Shown here piece after piece: positions 22,690 to 35,042 of a stretch of 64,000 nt of DNA. The stretch covers positions 496,001-560,000 of the forward strand of contig JAUFOQ010000002.1 in NCBI GenBank assembly GCA_040285855.1, in the 5' to 3' direction. This DNA comes from Eukaryota sp. GEM-RC1. Its lineage: Eukaryota. The position numbers and the translations under genes are program-made. The notes below the pieces were generated by a model, which saw nothing but the letters and a program-made list of their open reading frames with translations, did not search any database and was not told where the DNA came from. The first letter of the stretch is position 1. The number at the start of each line of letters is the position of its first letter.

Positions 22690-23536
22690 AGGCGGCTTTA
22701 GTTAGCAGTCTGATTCATCAAACAGCGGTTTTGGATCGTTTGGATCCTGTTTGAGTTTTTGCCATTATGTTGTAGTGGTGGGGAATTTTATAAGAAATCA
22801 TTCTACAACTAGTGCTAAATGCTCTCACACTGTGTCACACATCATGTGGTGGGCCCTAGTATCTGATAGAGTACTCAAAACATCCCAAAAAGGCGCTATA
22901 AAAAACGACCTGCTGAGGATTGTTATTACAAAAATTGACTCCAACTCGATAGCCACAAGTACATTCCGCGGCAGAACAGTTCGACTAGGAAAGATTTTCA
23001 GAAGAACTTTCAGTATTGTTTATTGTGCCTTCAGAAGTGAAATGCGTCAAAATATCTCAAATGTCCACATTTCTGCGCATTTTGTTCAACTGTAATTTCA
23101 TTGTAGAAGAAAACTGCTAGTGTTTGTTGTCGATACAAATTCACGTCATAATTCTTAAAGAAAAACAGAATTCAATTGAGAATTGTACTTTAACAAATAT
23201 TTAAACATGTGTTACGTCAGTTTATAGATGATGAGGACAAAATTTAATATCACATTAATATCTATCAATTACTAGCTACAGGAACTTCCTGGTCAGTTCT
23301 TATACATTACTTAAACTTAGTGATATTGTTTACGAAATTTGGACTCCGATAGGAACCGAGAAAACATCAAACGATTTTGCATAATTGCTAAGCCACTTCA
23401 CCAATAGTACCGAAAATAGAAATATCTAATGTAACAAACACAAATTTTAATTCAGTTTAGCATCATCTCTGAAATACAAATCAATTTTACGTTTTTCAGC
23501 TTGTTTTAAGTTGGTTGATACCTTTTGTGGTTAAGC

Positions 23537-23897
23537 CAGGGCTCTTCAAAAAATAATTGCAAAATGCAATTATTGCAATAACACTGTATTGCAGTATTGC
23601 AACTGCTTGAAATATTGCAGGACGGTATTGCGTGTTGTTTCGTTATTGCAGTTATTGTAAGCAATACTCAACCAATTACCGAAACCGTTTTTTTGTTGTT
23701 TTTTATCATGATCTAGTAGTAGTGTGGTGTATTCAAAGCATAAATTATAAAATTGGCGGGTGTTGTAAATACCAGTGTATAAAATAACAGTAATGTACCA
23801 CTTAAGCAGCAAATTTGTCGTTGAAAAATACTGCAGTACAGTATTGCAGCAACATAAATTCTCACAATATATTGCAATTATTTTTTGAAGTGTCCTG
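23537..23897. mobile_element. 361-bp hAT-type MITE
   Basis: TIRs CAGG(GCT/ACA)CTTCAAAAAATAATTGCAA with a perfect 8-bp TSD GGTTAAGC at 23529-23536 and 23898-23905. Confidence 0.9.
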
Positions 23898-24547
23898 GGT
23901 TAAGCTATTAACATAAGTCTGAACACATGGATCTAATGTTGCAACAACAAGGATGGTTTGTCTGGAATCAATAAAAGAAACATGTAAGTCGCCTCGACGA
24001 GAACTATTAATAAACTAAAGACCTAACTTACTAAATAGAGGTTCACCTTTGGTATAAAATCCATGAGCTTTACACATTTCAAAATGTAACATCTCTGATA
24101 GCATTATAAAGAACATAACGAAATTGAATATTATTTGGGACAATTTAATTTAACAGAATTGTTGAGTAATTCTGCAGACAACAATCCCAAAAGTAAGCGC
24201 ATATTTAATTCCAAGCCTCATCAGATCACGGCAAACCAAAAGGACGTGGTTGTTGAGTGATTAAACAAGATGAATTCTTAATATCATTTAAGAAAGCAGC
24301 CAAAACTGGGTTTATAAGTTTTAGTAACACTAAAACGATTTTTGAAATCCAGTTTTTCAAATGCCTTCTTAAGCTTATTTTGAAGGTTATTTACGCACAA
24401 CGAGAGAGACAATAGAGATTTCTACGTACTCCACAGTAAATGACTCGGAAAACAGTTGTTCCAATTCACTAAATAGTCTTCGTTAGTGATTAAAGAGTTT
24501 AACCATCTGAAAATTAATGAGATTTTCACAGTCTATTACACATTTCA

Positions 24548-25710
24548 ATGAGTACACAGCACCTGTCAACCTACCTAAAAGACTACTATCCATATGAACT
24601 GATGTTCAACTTTCTTTCACCTCGACATGCTTGGTTTCCCTTTCGTGAAATTGCATTCTTTAACAAGAAGGACAGCAAAACATGGATGAACAGATTTCTT
24701 TCTTTCAAGAACGCAGTAGAGTGGCGCAATCATGTTATATCTTTCCTCAAAGAGGGTACCATCCCAGAACGTTTCGAAATTGGCGCCATATACAATATTC
24801 CTCTCCAACACAAACAACTAGCTGGTGCGTATCCTGTCTCCCGTGAATTTGTCATTGATATTGATACTGACGACTACGATGTTGTCCGCCGTTGCCATCA
24901 AAAGTCCTCATATTGTTCAAGCTGTTTTGCTCTTCTGTCCCATGGTGCCTATGTCGTTACCCATCTTCTCAAACACTGTTTCAACCTTACTGATGTTATT
25001 TGGATCTATTCTGGAAGAAGAGGACTTCATGGATGGGTGGTGGACAAAGGTTCTAGAAAGATGTCAAACACTCTCCGTAGCAGGATTGCAAAGTTTCTCA
25101 ATCTAGTCTCATCACGTGACCCTGGTGAGCTCTTCTCTCAACTTCCTCAGCAAACTATTCTCTCTTTGATGGACGGTTTGATTGACGAGGATGATGAACC
25201 CGGTGTTTTGACTAGTTTGTATAAGGAACGGGCTAAAGCAGATCTCTTTGACGCTGGAGTCGAAGGAACACCAATCTACCAAGACTTTTTAGATAGAATT
25301 AAAGGTAAACATGGACCATTGGTTAGTACCATTGAACGTGACGTGGCAGCTATACTTGCCACTACTGAAACTCACGTGGCTTGCAGTCAAATTCAAGCTA
25401 AGTTCGAGTCTCATTTTAGTATTAAAGAGAATCATCTATTGTATTATGAGTTTGTTTGGTGGTGTGTTGGTCCGCGGCTTGATGTAAATGTGTCTTCGCA
25501 AATGAACCATTTACTGAAAGCACCTTTTGTATTCACCCAGGTACTGGAAAGGTTTGTATTCCGATTAAATCGTCAGAAATTTTAAATTTTGATCCAGTAA
25601 AGGCTATTATTCCTTCTGTAAGTGATGTTGTGGCTGGCCAACCTATATTTAATGATTATATCGAGATTTTTTCTGATTTTGTTAGAGAAAGTAATGCCAA
25701 ATACAATTAA
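24548..25710 (+). CDS. PRIM1: DNA primase small (catalytic) subunit; frameshift near 25527
   Basis: REFVIDIDTDDY, YSGRRGLHGWV and PRLDVNVS..MNHLLKAPF(C)IHPGTGKVCIP. Confidence 0.93.
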
Positions 25711-25957
25711 GTTTTTGATTCGCTTATCCTTTTTAGTTTTACTCAAATACTTTACAATTGTGTTTATTCAAATTTAGTTGGTTTGATCTTTTCCAAAGTA
25801 CTACATTGTATAGAGTTTTAATTGAATTTGGTGATTGTAGATTGATATTTTGTGTATTAAACGGCAATACAAAACCAATCATAGAAACTTTCCCCAACGG
25901 AAAGTACTCTTTCCTACATAAATTAAACAAAATAAAACTATAAAACAAAACTAAAAA

Positions 25958-26690
25958 TCAACTTCTTTCTTGGGCCTTCGAATAGGTTTTATATATTTTC
26001 TCTATTTCTGGAGGTAGAGAAGTAGACTTCTCCAAAAACCCAGCAAATACCTGTTCAAAGGAACATCTCCTCCCTGTCTCAGTAAACTTTCAATCTTATG
26101 ACATCTTAATATTGATTCATGAAGTTGAACCCCACTTTCATACAGATCAGAGGAGATTGTGTCTACATCAATGGGTTCAGCTAGAGCCTTACCATCACAC
26201 CAAATAAAAGGGTGTTGACCATCAACTTTCTTGTCAAGTTTACTTATCAGGGGGGTGGTTTGAAGGATATTCAGGATATCGTATGCCCTCCTGTAGTCAA
26301 TGTCAAGGTCTCTATTAAGATCCTTGAAGAAGACGGTGCCCCTTGTTTGAGCAAATCGAAGAATTCTGGTGGTTGTCTCTTCTAGTCCTTCTCTTTTAGT
26401 TGTCTTCTTAGGTTCCTTAGTAACAGTGGAGTCTTGAGAGGAAGCGAGTGATGGAGTAGAGCTGGGTGAGGGTATACTTACATTGGGATGAGCTGGAAGA
26501 ATCGGATCTGGTTTGTTGATAGAAAGATCAGTAGGGAGAGGAGAACAGAGAGCATCAGCTCTGGTTGGATCAAACGGGAGATTGGAAGTGGGAGGAGCTG
26601 ACGATGGTTCAGGATTCGTAACAGGAGAGATGCTGGGCCGACTCTTTTCTGTGGTCGGAGAGATGGTAATTGACTCTTTCGATGAGACAT
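25958..26690 (-). CDS. E2F/DP-family winged-helix transcription factor (main frame absent from the ORF track)
   Basis: GLEETTTRIL...DIDYRRAYDILNILQTTPLISK...FIWCDG, with RRAYD at 26278-26292. Two A-run frameshifts. Confidence 0.75.
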
Positions 26691-26740
26691 TAGATTATAT
26701 CACTTACTGAGAAAATGCGGGTCAACTTTACAATTACTGA

Positions 26741-28154
26741 AGTCTCACTGAGACTATTTAAATGAAACTAATTTGTTCAGAGACCAAATTGACAAACTAT
26801 TTCGGACAAATCGTAAAAAATAGGATGAACAAACGTTTTGATCATGTGTTATGGTTGAATCGGATCGTTTTTACTGGTTTTACAACAATTCCCCTAACCA
26901 TCTCCAAAGCTTTGTAAGCAGTGAGTTCCTTTTATGAGGACAAAGCTCTTGTAAGATTTGATAGCGATGGGCTGTTGTTTTAATGATATCAAATTTTAGC
27001 TGTTTGATCTATTACATTTAAAATATATTAAATTTACGTAAAAAAACAAAGTATATAAAGTTGGCACTCATTGTATTGTTTCGTATACAATGGTTAATTT
27101 AATTGCCGCAAATTAAATCTTTAAGTATCAATAAATATAAAGAAAATCTCTTCCATTTATCCATACAATTGAGGCCCGGTATTCTACAAAACTCTCTTTC
27201 GAATGACAGTCAATTGAATGCGGCTCGAAAGGTCCTGTCACCATCATCAACATAACGATACATTGTGGTCATTTTACAGAAACTGTCAAAATTGCCTGAA
27301 ACGGATTAGTAGATGTTGATGAAGCTGTTATCTCACATAATCCACCTATTCTGTGTGAGTCAACAAAAATGCCTTTTAGCGATTAAAACGCTGATTAATC
27401 TTCATGGGTCTCAATAAAATGACAATATTGGATCGACCATAAGAAGAAGAAGGCCATATACGTTTAGACGAGTCAAAAACTGTCCATTATATTGGATTTC
27501 CCCTTACCATGACTTGAACTATGACATATATAAAAATATTTTGTTTTTATTTGTGTATTATTTTGTTTTAATGGTATTTATTTCACATTAATTTTTGGCA
27601 CTTTTGGATGATCAAACTATTTTAACTTATCTTATGAGAGGGCCTGTAGTACACTGTACGAGCACAGTAGATAATTTGAGCGGAATAAACCATAATATTT
27701 TGCTGTTCTGCCCGAACACATCTTTAAAATTTGATAATCCAAGTAATCTGTGTGTATCTTTCGATTACTTTTTTCTGTTTCCTTTCCTATGATGTAGCTT
27801 TAAAGACGTTCATGTCTCTTCATAGCCAATCTTTGGTTTTGTTTAAGCACTCATTCCTGGACCCCTCATCCGTTGAAGAATTTTGGGCTTCTGATGGTAT
27901 TCTGGACAGTACACGCTATGGTTAAACGTGTACTCTCTTAGCAACTGCGATGAACACTTAAACATCACTCAATCGTACATTGCTTTTGATGAATATATGC
28001 TGAATTTTGTGGTGGGACTAAGAATCCCAGTAATTAGTAGTTTTTCGCAACGAATAATAATAAGAAATGATATAGTAATCATATAATTAGTCTTTCCTTT
28101 GATGTAGTCTCAGCATCAAATTGGTCTCATCAGATAAATAGTCTCAGTGAGACT
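26741..28154. mobile_element. Candidate 1.4-kb TIR element
   Basis: About 50-bp imperfect inverted ends that start with the palindrome AGTCTCA(C/G)TGAGACT followed by ATTTA. No TSD found. Confidence 0.5.
26800..27046 (+). mobile_element. 5'-truncated non-LTR retrotransposon 3' end
   Basis: KRFDHVLWLNRIVFT resembles KVFNSAVWINRIMFA at 54.8 kb; ends in an A-run; homologous to the antisense insert at 37826-37959. Confidence 0.65.
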
Positions 28155-28639
28155 ATAGACAAACCAGTGTAGAAGGAGATACTCTTTGAGAAAGAACCAC
28201 AATTCTTGCAAGTCATTAGTCCGTATCTTAAAATAGTTGAGAATTCTTCTACATTTACTGATCTACTAGAAATCCAATCAAAGGAAAGCTTACTTTAAAA
28301 CATCTAATGCAACGTTACCCCCAAACTCCACAAATTAGGGATGGCATTCTAATGTGCTAGTACTACTAGTAATCAGGTGAAACCATGAAAAATCACTTTC
28401 TAATTTTGCAAAGGGGTCTGAAGAAATGAAGAACGTTTCTGACTTGAGTGCAAGAGGACTCAAAGATGGGTGTAATTACTATAACTAGGAGACCAGTAAG
28501 AGTAAAAAAAACTACTGTCAACTACTAGTATAATGCTTCGGAAAAGATCATTTAACTATTTGAATTTATAAAGAATTTTTTACAGCAAAATACCATTCAA
28601 CTCAGTATAATACAAGTCAAGAATTCAAACGATATGTTC

Positions 28640-30453
28640 TTAATTTCTTTTGGCCAACTGCTGTTTCAAGAAATCCAACTTCTTCTTCAGGTCCAACACT
28701 GCAGCATTGGTAGCCTTCTTTCTCAAAATCAATTCCTTTTCGAAACACTGTTTCGCAGTAAATCCAACTGATGATCTAAACCAAGCAAACAAAGCAGCAG
28801 TAGAAGTAATGAAGAACAATGGCTTGAGGAGATCTTCGACATCCGCTGGTTTCTTACCACTGAAAGGACCGCATGTATGTGTGGTGGTCACGAAGAACCA
28901 GAGAGTGATACCAACAAGTCCAACCATAAACATTAAAGAAAGAGAGAAGGAGAATCGGCTATGTTCTTTACGGTAGACATTGGTGGGCTCTCTCAGGTAA
29001 TTCTCTACGAAAACTTTCATGAACTTGGCCAATATATAGATGACAATAAAGGAGAATATAGGCAGGAAAGGACTGAATGGAAGGGCAAGCACAGTGAGGA
29101 AATAGTAATAGATTGCAGACACTGCAGAAGCATGGAAATCAAATTCGCTTCTGTTGGCAAATTTAACTTCTTCCGAAAGTTTTGGAGACCTGGTAATGAT
29201 TGCCCATATGATTTTCAACTTTTTGGAAGCCAAGAGGAACCGAAATGTCCAAGATTAAAGTGGTAAACAATAGAATAGTCAATGTGGAGGACACGGCGTT
29301 CAGAGGACAATCGTCGTCTTCAGAATTCAATAGGCGAATCACGTCAACAATAAGTGGAGCAATGGTAGCAGCTCTAAACAGAAGCATTAAACTCAATCTT
29401 TGAGCTGACTGTTTAGCTGGATCAAATGAGGCCCAACAAAAACGATCACTCTGACAAAATACGGAGACACTATATTCAATCCAGTGATCACAAAAGGAAG
29501 ACCTACTCTAAGGACGACTTCCAACCATGTCCACTTCCCATATTTTTCAACCAGATCATCGTGATTAAAGACAATATGATAGACAACATAGACAGATAGA
29601 CCAAATGTCACAAGAAAAATGAACACTGCGATGGCACGAGCAAAATTTAGATAAAATGCTCCATCCACAGACTTCTTCAAGGCCAATTCTGAGACACGTA
29701 TGTCTTCTTCTGACAGAGAAATTTTAACATCCTCAACTAGTTCAGCCTGTTGATGTGTAATAGCATCCAAATTGTTAATGCTCCAGTCCCAGGAATAGAT
29801 GAGGTTCATGAATTTGGGAGTTCCAATTGACTGTCCCTCAGAAAAAGCCTTGTTTCGATACATAAGCCGAGCAGCAAATACGACGAAAAGTCCGTTGAAT
29901 AAAAGCACCGTATGATAACTAAGGTTAGATGATGGGGAAGAACATACCCGATTGTTATAACCCAGCTCCAGTGACTCTGAAGTTCCTTTCCGATTGTGCT
30001 TGGTAAGAGGACCGCAGGATAATAATTAGAGGAAGTTTCTAATAACACAGATCTGTCGTTTTGCCAAAGATCTATAATGTGTCTAACTAGAAATATTGAC
30101 GAGTATATGGAGAGGAGGAAGACGGCACCAAGAATCGTTCTCACTAGCTTAAAATAAAAGCCAATAGTTGACCCAAAATACTTTTCAAGATGAGACACAG
30201 TGTGTTTCAGTGGGAAGAACAAGAACGAAAGGAGCTTTGTGAACGTTTCAATCCGAGAGGAGTGACGTACCGGTCCTAGCTCTCGATCATAGAGATCGTC
30301 CAGAGAATCCTTAATGTTCTTTGAATCATCTTTACCACTTCCTTCTAGATCGGCATTACTGGAAGGACTTCGATCGTCCTGTGCTGGAATATCATTGACC
30401 ACGATAATGTTGTCGTTTTCAGTCACCGAGTTTGAAAGAAATGACGATGGCAT
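28640..30453 (-). CDS. TMC: TMC (transmembrane channel-like) protein; frameshifted
   Basis: LEKYFGSTIGFYF, IYSWDWSI, PFSPFLP and TCGPFSG, with many TM helices. Confidence 0.8.
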
Positions 30454-30651
30454 TCTACAAACTGTTAAGAGTTTGAAATTTTAATTTCAGTAAAACCCCC
30501 TGGATCATACTCACAAAGTATCTCAATAGTTTCTGGCTTTCTAATGATTCTGTAGACAAGGATCTTGTTTTTTATTGGTAATTAGAGGTTTTATGTCAGC
30601 ATTGAAGCGAATTTTTCGCACAACAATTTCTCTCTCAACCAAAACCTCGAT

Positions 30652-31952
30652 ATGAGTTCTGATACTCTATTGAAATGTCGTGAGTATCATTTATGGCGTT
30701 TTAAGCGCGCTACAATGTTTGCAATTAGTGTTTCGAGAGGTCTTGACTATGCATCATACGGGATCCCTCCGGATATTGATGAAGATCCTACCATTACTGA
30801 TACTTCACCAAACAATTACCCTCCTTCCAGACCCTACATACCTCCACCACCTGGTTTTGATCATATATGTCTCGAATCTCTTCTCAATCTCCCTCGAGAT
30901 GATCTCTCCACAATCTCTAGTCTCTTCCAAACCTGTATGTCTGACGGTTTCATTGCAGGTTTGTCCATCTTCATCTTAACCTCAGAACCTTGGAAAACAT
31001 CACACGTCATTTGCATATCTAATGACGATTTCTTTGACAAGAACAAACAGGGCTCTGTCACTTATGATTTAAAGACAGAAGATCCTCATCAGTTTGACTC
31101 CTTTCACTTCGTTTTTCTACATTCATCTGCATATAGGATATTCTCTTCGATGGTTACAAAGAAGGTGGCGCGTTGTCTTCGTGACAAACTTTGTGTTTCT
31201 AATCGGGGGTTTTTCCCTTGCAATACCATTCCTGCTGCTAGACGGAGATGTAAAGAAGTGTTTGACGTATTGTCCTTCCTAAAGTCTCAACGCCAATCCT
31301 TTGCTTGTGGTCTTGTTGATCTCGGAATCGGGTATGGCTGTATTCTTCACCAACATCTCAAGATTATGATTAGAAACAACCTCTTTGGAATTCCCCCAAA
31401 TCTCCAAAAGCTGTGTGTTGATTCGATTCAAGGTCGTAATGTTGGTATGTCTTCTTTTGAGTTTCATCCTAGTCTTTCACGGTCCAGAAGGTCCTGTAGA
31501 TGACTCGTCACCGGTACCTCTAACAAGAGGTCTAGGCTTAATAGGAGGGGATCCGTTGCATCGCCTTTTGTTTACAATGATATTAGATCCGTTGTTGCAG
31601 TTTTGTTATAAGTGTAGGCCTAGGTTTGGCTTAACGTACAAAAACACTCATTTTGATCTCATGATATTTTGTGGTCAATTAATAATGATCGCTCCTGACG
31701 TGAAAGAGCTCAAAAGGCTTGTCAAACAGACTCTTGATTACACTCAATCTATGGGAATTGTAGTTCAACCCCAGGACTTTTTTTTGTTCTGTGTTTGATT
31801 GTACTGATGATGGATTTGTTAATAGGTCTGCAGATATTGAGTTCAAGAACCTTGAAAGACAGGCTAGGATTCTACCACAAATAACTAAGGGAATTGTCGA
31901 AAAGTTTCCGATAGCCCAAGGTTTGATTGATTTTGATATTGTTAAGGAATAA
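30652..31952 (+). CDS. Reverse-transcriptase-derived protein, catalytically inactive; intron 31445-31472
   Basis: Collinear non-LTR RT motifs: AYRIFSSMV, NRGF, LVDLGIGY, RGLGLIGGDPLHRLLFTMILDPL, and MIFCGQLIMIA in place of YADD. Confidence 0.7.
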
Positions 31953-32397
31953 ATTCCACCTCTATTTAAAGGCGTTTTTCCTATAATTCGTTGTTTTTCT
32001 GGTCTCAAAACCTTTACAAGAGTCAAATGGATTGTTATCGACAATTAGAGTAAACCGATCACTCTAGAAATGATCCTGATCTTGAGTCGCGTATTTGCAG
32101 CAATAAAGTAGCACATACCTACTTGTAGAGGTTGAAACCGTCTAAAGAACGGTTCTAATTGTCAAATTTAGTATAAACCTATATTAGTTGAAAATTATCA
32201 ATTTACGATGTAAAATTCACTTCAAATTTCGAACGATAAGATGCGCAGTGATCAGACATGGATTGAAAAGTTTTGTAAACACGATTATATTTGTGAATTA
32301 CAACTAATATCAATACAACAAAATTCTTCTCAGAATGTGATTCTGACTGAAATTAACATAAAATACAATTTTAAAACTACAAATAATATACAAAAAA

Positions 32398-33051
32398 CTA
32401 ATCGTTTTCACAAAAACTGGGTCTAGGTGACAGCGGACTTCGCAAACTAGCAGTCCAACACATTTCTGGTAACGATGAGTTCATTAAATGATTCAAATCT
32501 GGTGGTCGTTGAAGATGCTTCTTTGGTGGTTTGTAAGCCGTACTATTCCAAACAGAGGCATTTAATACAGGTTCCTTTCCACGAGGTGAACAAGGGCAGA
32601 ACTCCGAGATAGGTTGATGGCTTTTAGACTTGGGCCGTAAAGCATATGGGGATAGTGACAGCAGATCTAGTCTGACTGACTGTGGCTGGGGAGATTCTGC
32701 TTCAATCTGGTTGGAATCTCTCATTTGATCTAATGTGGGTTTAGGTGAATGAAATTGTGATTTGCTAATGCTAGTCTTGCGCATCAAGGGTGTCAGAGGA
32801 GGATTCATTGGTCTGGGACTCAACAGATCAGGAGGTTTTGGGGATGGTATTCCACCATGGGTAGATTCTGGAAGTAGTTTCAATCTAGGAGACTTTCCGA
32901 TAGAAGATTCATAATTGGGCTGAGATGCAAGCCCAATGTTTAGAGGAGTTACCGATTGAGTAATTCTTGACATCTGCTTATAGGTTAAGATTTTTGAGAG
33001 GAAATTAAGATCTGACAGCCAAATCTGGTTTCCGGCTTGTAGAATGTTCAT
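32398..33051 (-). CDS. Hypothetical Ser/Pro-rich protein
   Basis: 217-aa low-complexity ORF with many SP/TP sites. Confidence 0.5.
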   Translation of the reverse strand: MNILQAGNQIWLSDLNFLSKILTYKQMSRITQSVTPLNIGLASQPNYESSIGKSPRLKLLPESTHGGIPSPKPPDLLSPRPMNPPLTPLMRKTSISKSQFHSPKPTLDQMRDSNQIEAESPQPQSVRLDLLSLSPYALRPKSKSHQPISEFCPCSPRGKEPVLNASVWNSTAYKPPKKHLQRPPDLNHLMNSSLPEMCWTASLRSPLSPRPSFCEND

Positions 33052-33514
33052 CTTTGCTCACCCTCGAAGTATTTTCTGATTTCTTATGTATTTTCTACAA
33101 ACTGTTTTTTGATTCACCGAAATCATTGTTTCACTACTTGTACTTTTTACATATTGTCAAAGAAGAAACACAGATGATTATATATTCAAGTAACAGTCCA
33201 ATAGATCCTGGGAGACACGGATTCCACTTTCAATGCTCATGTTCAATTGTACTGATGTAGTAGATAAATTTTGTGGCCTGAGAAATAGGGTGGTCGATAG
33301 TGTTTCTTTCGGTTACTATTTTGCTTGATTCAAGTGTAGTTTAGTATTTGTTGATTTTGCTACTTTCCAATTTTCCAAGTTTCGAGTGGCTTCTTACTGA
33401 ACGTGTTCCCCATTAATTAGTGGTAATTAATTGTTGTATAGAACACTGACCTTGGAATACATAAATGCATTTGAAAAATTGAACTTTCAAGCTCCTCCTA
33501 GTCACAGTCCTTCA

Positions 33515-35036
33515 ATGATTGAATCTATTCTTGAGAAACATCCTTTAAAAGGAACTTACACAAAACAGTTGCTGTCGAAGCTGTCTAAAGCATCTTACTT
33601 CCAACAACTTGATCTTTCTATAGTCTCCAAAAGGATAAACTTATACTCTTTGATGCTTTTATTGACCACAAGGCCTTCGCACTACTTGTTGTTGACCCTA
33701 AAGATACACAGTCGTTTCCAATCTTTCTTGAATACCACAACTTCTATGTACCATCTCTTCAAATCTGTCATTTGTATCCCAACCTTCTTCACACAGTCTA
33801 TGTTCACCCTCCTACACTTCCCTTCCTTCTAAATGGAGCTCCTCTCTTCACCAAAGGAGTCCTAAATGCTGATGATCTTCCAGCAACGCTTCCTTTAAAT
33901 TCTCCACTTCAAATCAAGTTTCCAGGATCTTCTCAAGCTGTTGCAGTTGGGTTGTTAAAGAAAAGACTTCCCTTGACTTCTATTGAGGGAATCTTTATGG
34001 ATATTATCTTTTGTCTTGGTGATAATATTTGTAAGATTTTCCATTATTCACCTGCTTTAGCTGAACCAGAAGAACCATCAACAATCCCAACAGAAGATGG
34101 GGAAGAAAAGGAAGTGGACAACGTAGAAGAAACTCCAGAAGAAGAGACAGAATTTAATGATGATTTCAAGATTTCAGCTTTGTGCTTCTGTTTATTGGAA
34201 GTGGAGAAGCAAAAGTTGTTTCCTCTTTTGGTTTCTGCTTTTGTTGGTAATCACTACAAACGTGTTTTGCCTGAGTGTTTTCATTTTAAGAAAGTTTCCA
34301 ATCAACTCAATCAGTTGGCTGAATCAAAAATGATTGTTCTTTCTAATAACAATGGTGTTATAACTATTGAAAGTGTTGAAAAGAGCTCATTTCTGAAGCA
34401 TCACGTGCTTTTTTGATCTGGAAACGTGATCATCAACATCTTTTGAACCTATACCGTCAGCAAATGAGCCATTGTTTAGTTTAATTGAACAACTTTATTC
34501 ACCTCCATTTAATTCAGAAACATTGTTTAATTCACGTGAATTAAAACAAATATTAACTGAATTATCTAAGGAATATCGAAATAATGAGAATAAGCGAATG
34601 ATTGAAGTAAATGCAGTTCCTGAGTTGGCATTTCTTAAAGACTTGCATCAATTAAATTTGATGACAATCGAAGATTTACTGAAAATAACTAAGGAAAGAT
34701 CCAAGAAATATTTCAAAATAATTAAAGGTGGTCATGAAACTATCACAAAAGGTGTTCTATCTCCAATCAAAATTGATACAGTTTTAAAAAAAGGCCACAT
34801 GTCCACTCTAGTTTCCAATTTAGAACCATATGACGTGGATTTCGAAGACTTTTCACGACTAATCAAAAGATCATTTGGAGTTGCCGCTAGTGTGGGCAAT
34901 CATCACAATCATCGAGTAGTACAAGTACAGGGAAATTTTGTAAGTAACGTTGAGAAAGTTTTGCTTGATATGGGGATTCTAAGCTGTTATATCAATGCCA
35001 CTCCCCCAAAAAAAATCCAAGAAATCCAAAAAGTAA
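33515..35036 (+). CDS. EIF2D: eIF2D/ligatin (PUA + SUI1); frameshifted
   Basis: FLLNGAPLFTKGV PUA-like segment and C-terminal SUI1 TLVSNLEPYDVD...VQVQGN. Confidence 0.8.
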
Positions 35037-35042
35037 AAGAAT

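Noticed and set aside
28362..28530. 149-bp insert flanked by ACTACTAGTA
   Set aside because: ACTAGT-like words are frequent in intergenic DNA here and I saw no second copy of the insert.
30652..31952. Telomerase RT or an active retrotransposon
   Set aside because: Motif spacing is non-LTR-like, the catalytic DD is absent, and there is no endonuclease or TERT T-motif.
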